NCBI RefSeq assembly: GCF_009834535.1
Contig: NC_045696.1
Coordinates: 17,796,001 to 17,860,000, forward strand
DNA from: Camelus ferus
Taxonomy: Eukaryota
DNA: 64,000 nt
Direction of reading: 5' to 3'
Shown: positions 63,863-64,000 of the stretch, piece by piece
Layout: each line of letters starts with the position of its first letter
Numbering within the stretch: position 1 is the first letter of the stretch
Translations under genes and position numbers: made by a program
The notes under the pieces: model-generated
Told to the model about the DNA's origin: nothing
Seen by the model: only the letters and a program-made list of their open reading frames with translations
Databases searched by the model: none

Positions 63863-64000
63863 GAATAAAATTTTAACTATATTTTTTTTCAAAAAAATAA
63901 AAGATGCATGGTTTACGTAAAATAAGTAATTCCTTTATTTTTGGCTGGAATTAAATCACCTTGTCAACTGAGAATTTTATTTTTACTTAAACAACCTACT

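Noticed and set aside
1..64000. CRISPR-like arrays, operons or other prokaryotic systems
   Set aside because: The sequence is mammalian; no regularly spaced repeat-spacer structure or long ORFs seen

Overview
AT-rich, repeat-dense mammalian DNA (intergenic or deep intronic). No protein-coding gene, RNA gene or CRISPR array can be supported. The ORF-track entries are chance ORFs, microsatellite translations or decayed LINE-1 ORF2 pieces. A young L1 3' end at 27774-28020 resembles the camelid (alpaca/camel) L1 tail as I recall it, so the host is probably a camelid (inference). The window holds ancient repeats (L2, MIR, L3/CR1, old L1M, MaLR MLT1 LTRs, ERVL LTRs with a decayed integrase/dUTPase remnant, hAT-Charlie and Tigger elements). 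It also holds two clusters of younger ERV1-type solo LTRs (34.7-36.9 kb and 48.0-50.2 kb). The best leads are: an intact CpG-retaining LTR promoter with a weak poly(A) signal and a downstream splice donor (candidate LTR-driven lncRNA); a perfect 31-bp-arm fold-back microsatellite; an older L2 piece nested in a younger Charlie1; a tail-less L1 fragment truncating an LTR; and several repeat-free, CpG-retaining candidate conserved elements. I found no convincing novel biological system. Repeat family names come from recalled consensus sequences, not database searches, and boundaries are approximate unless a TSD is quoted.
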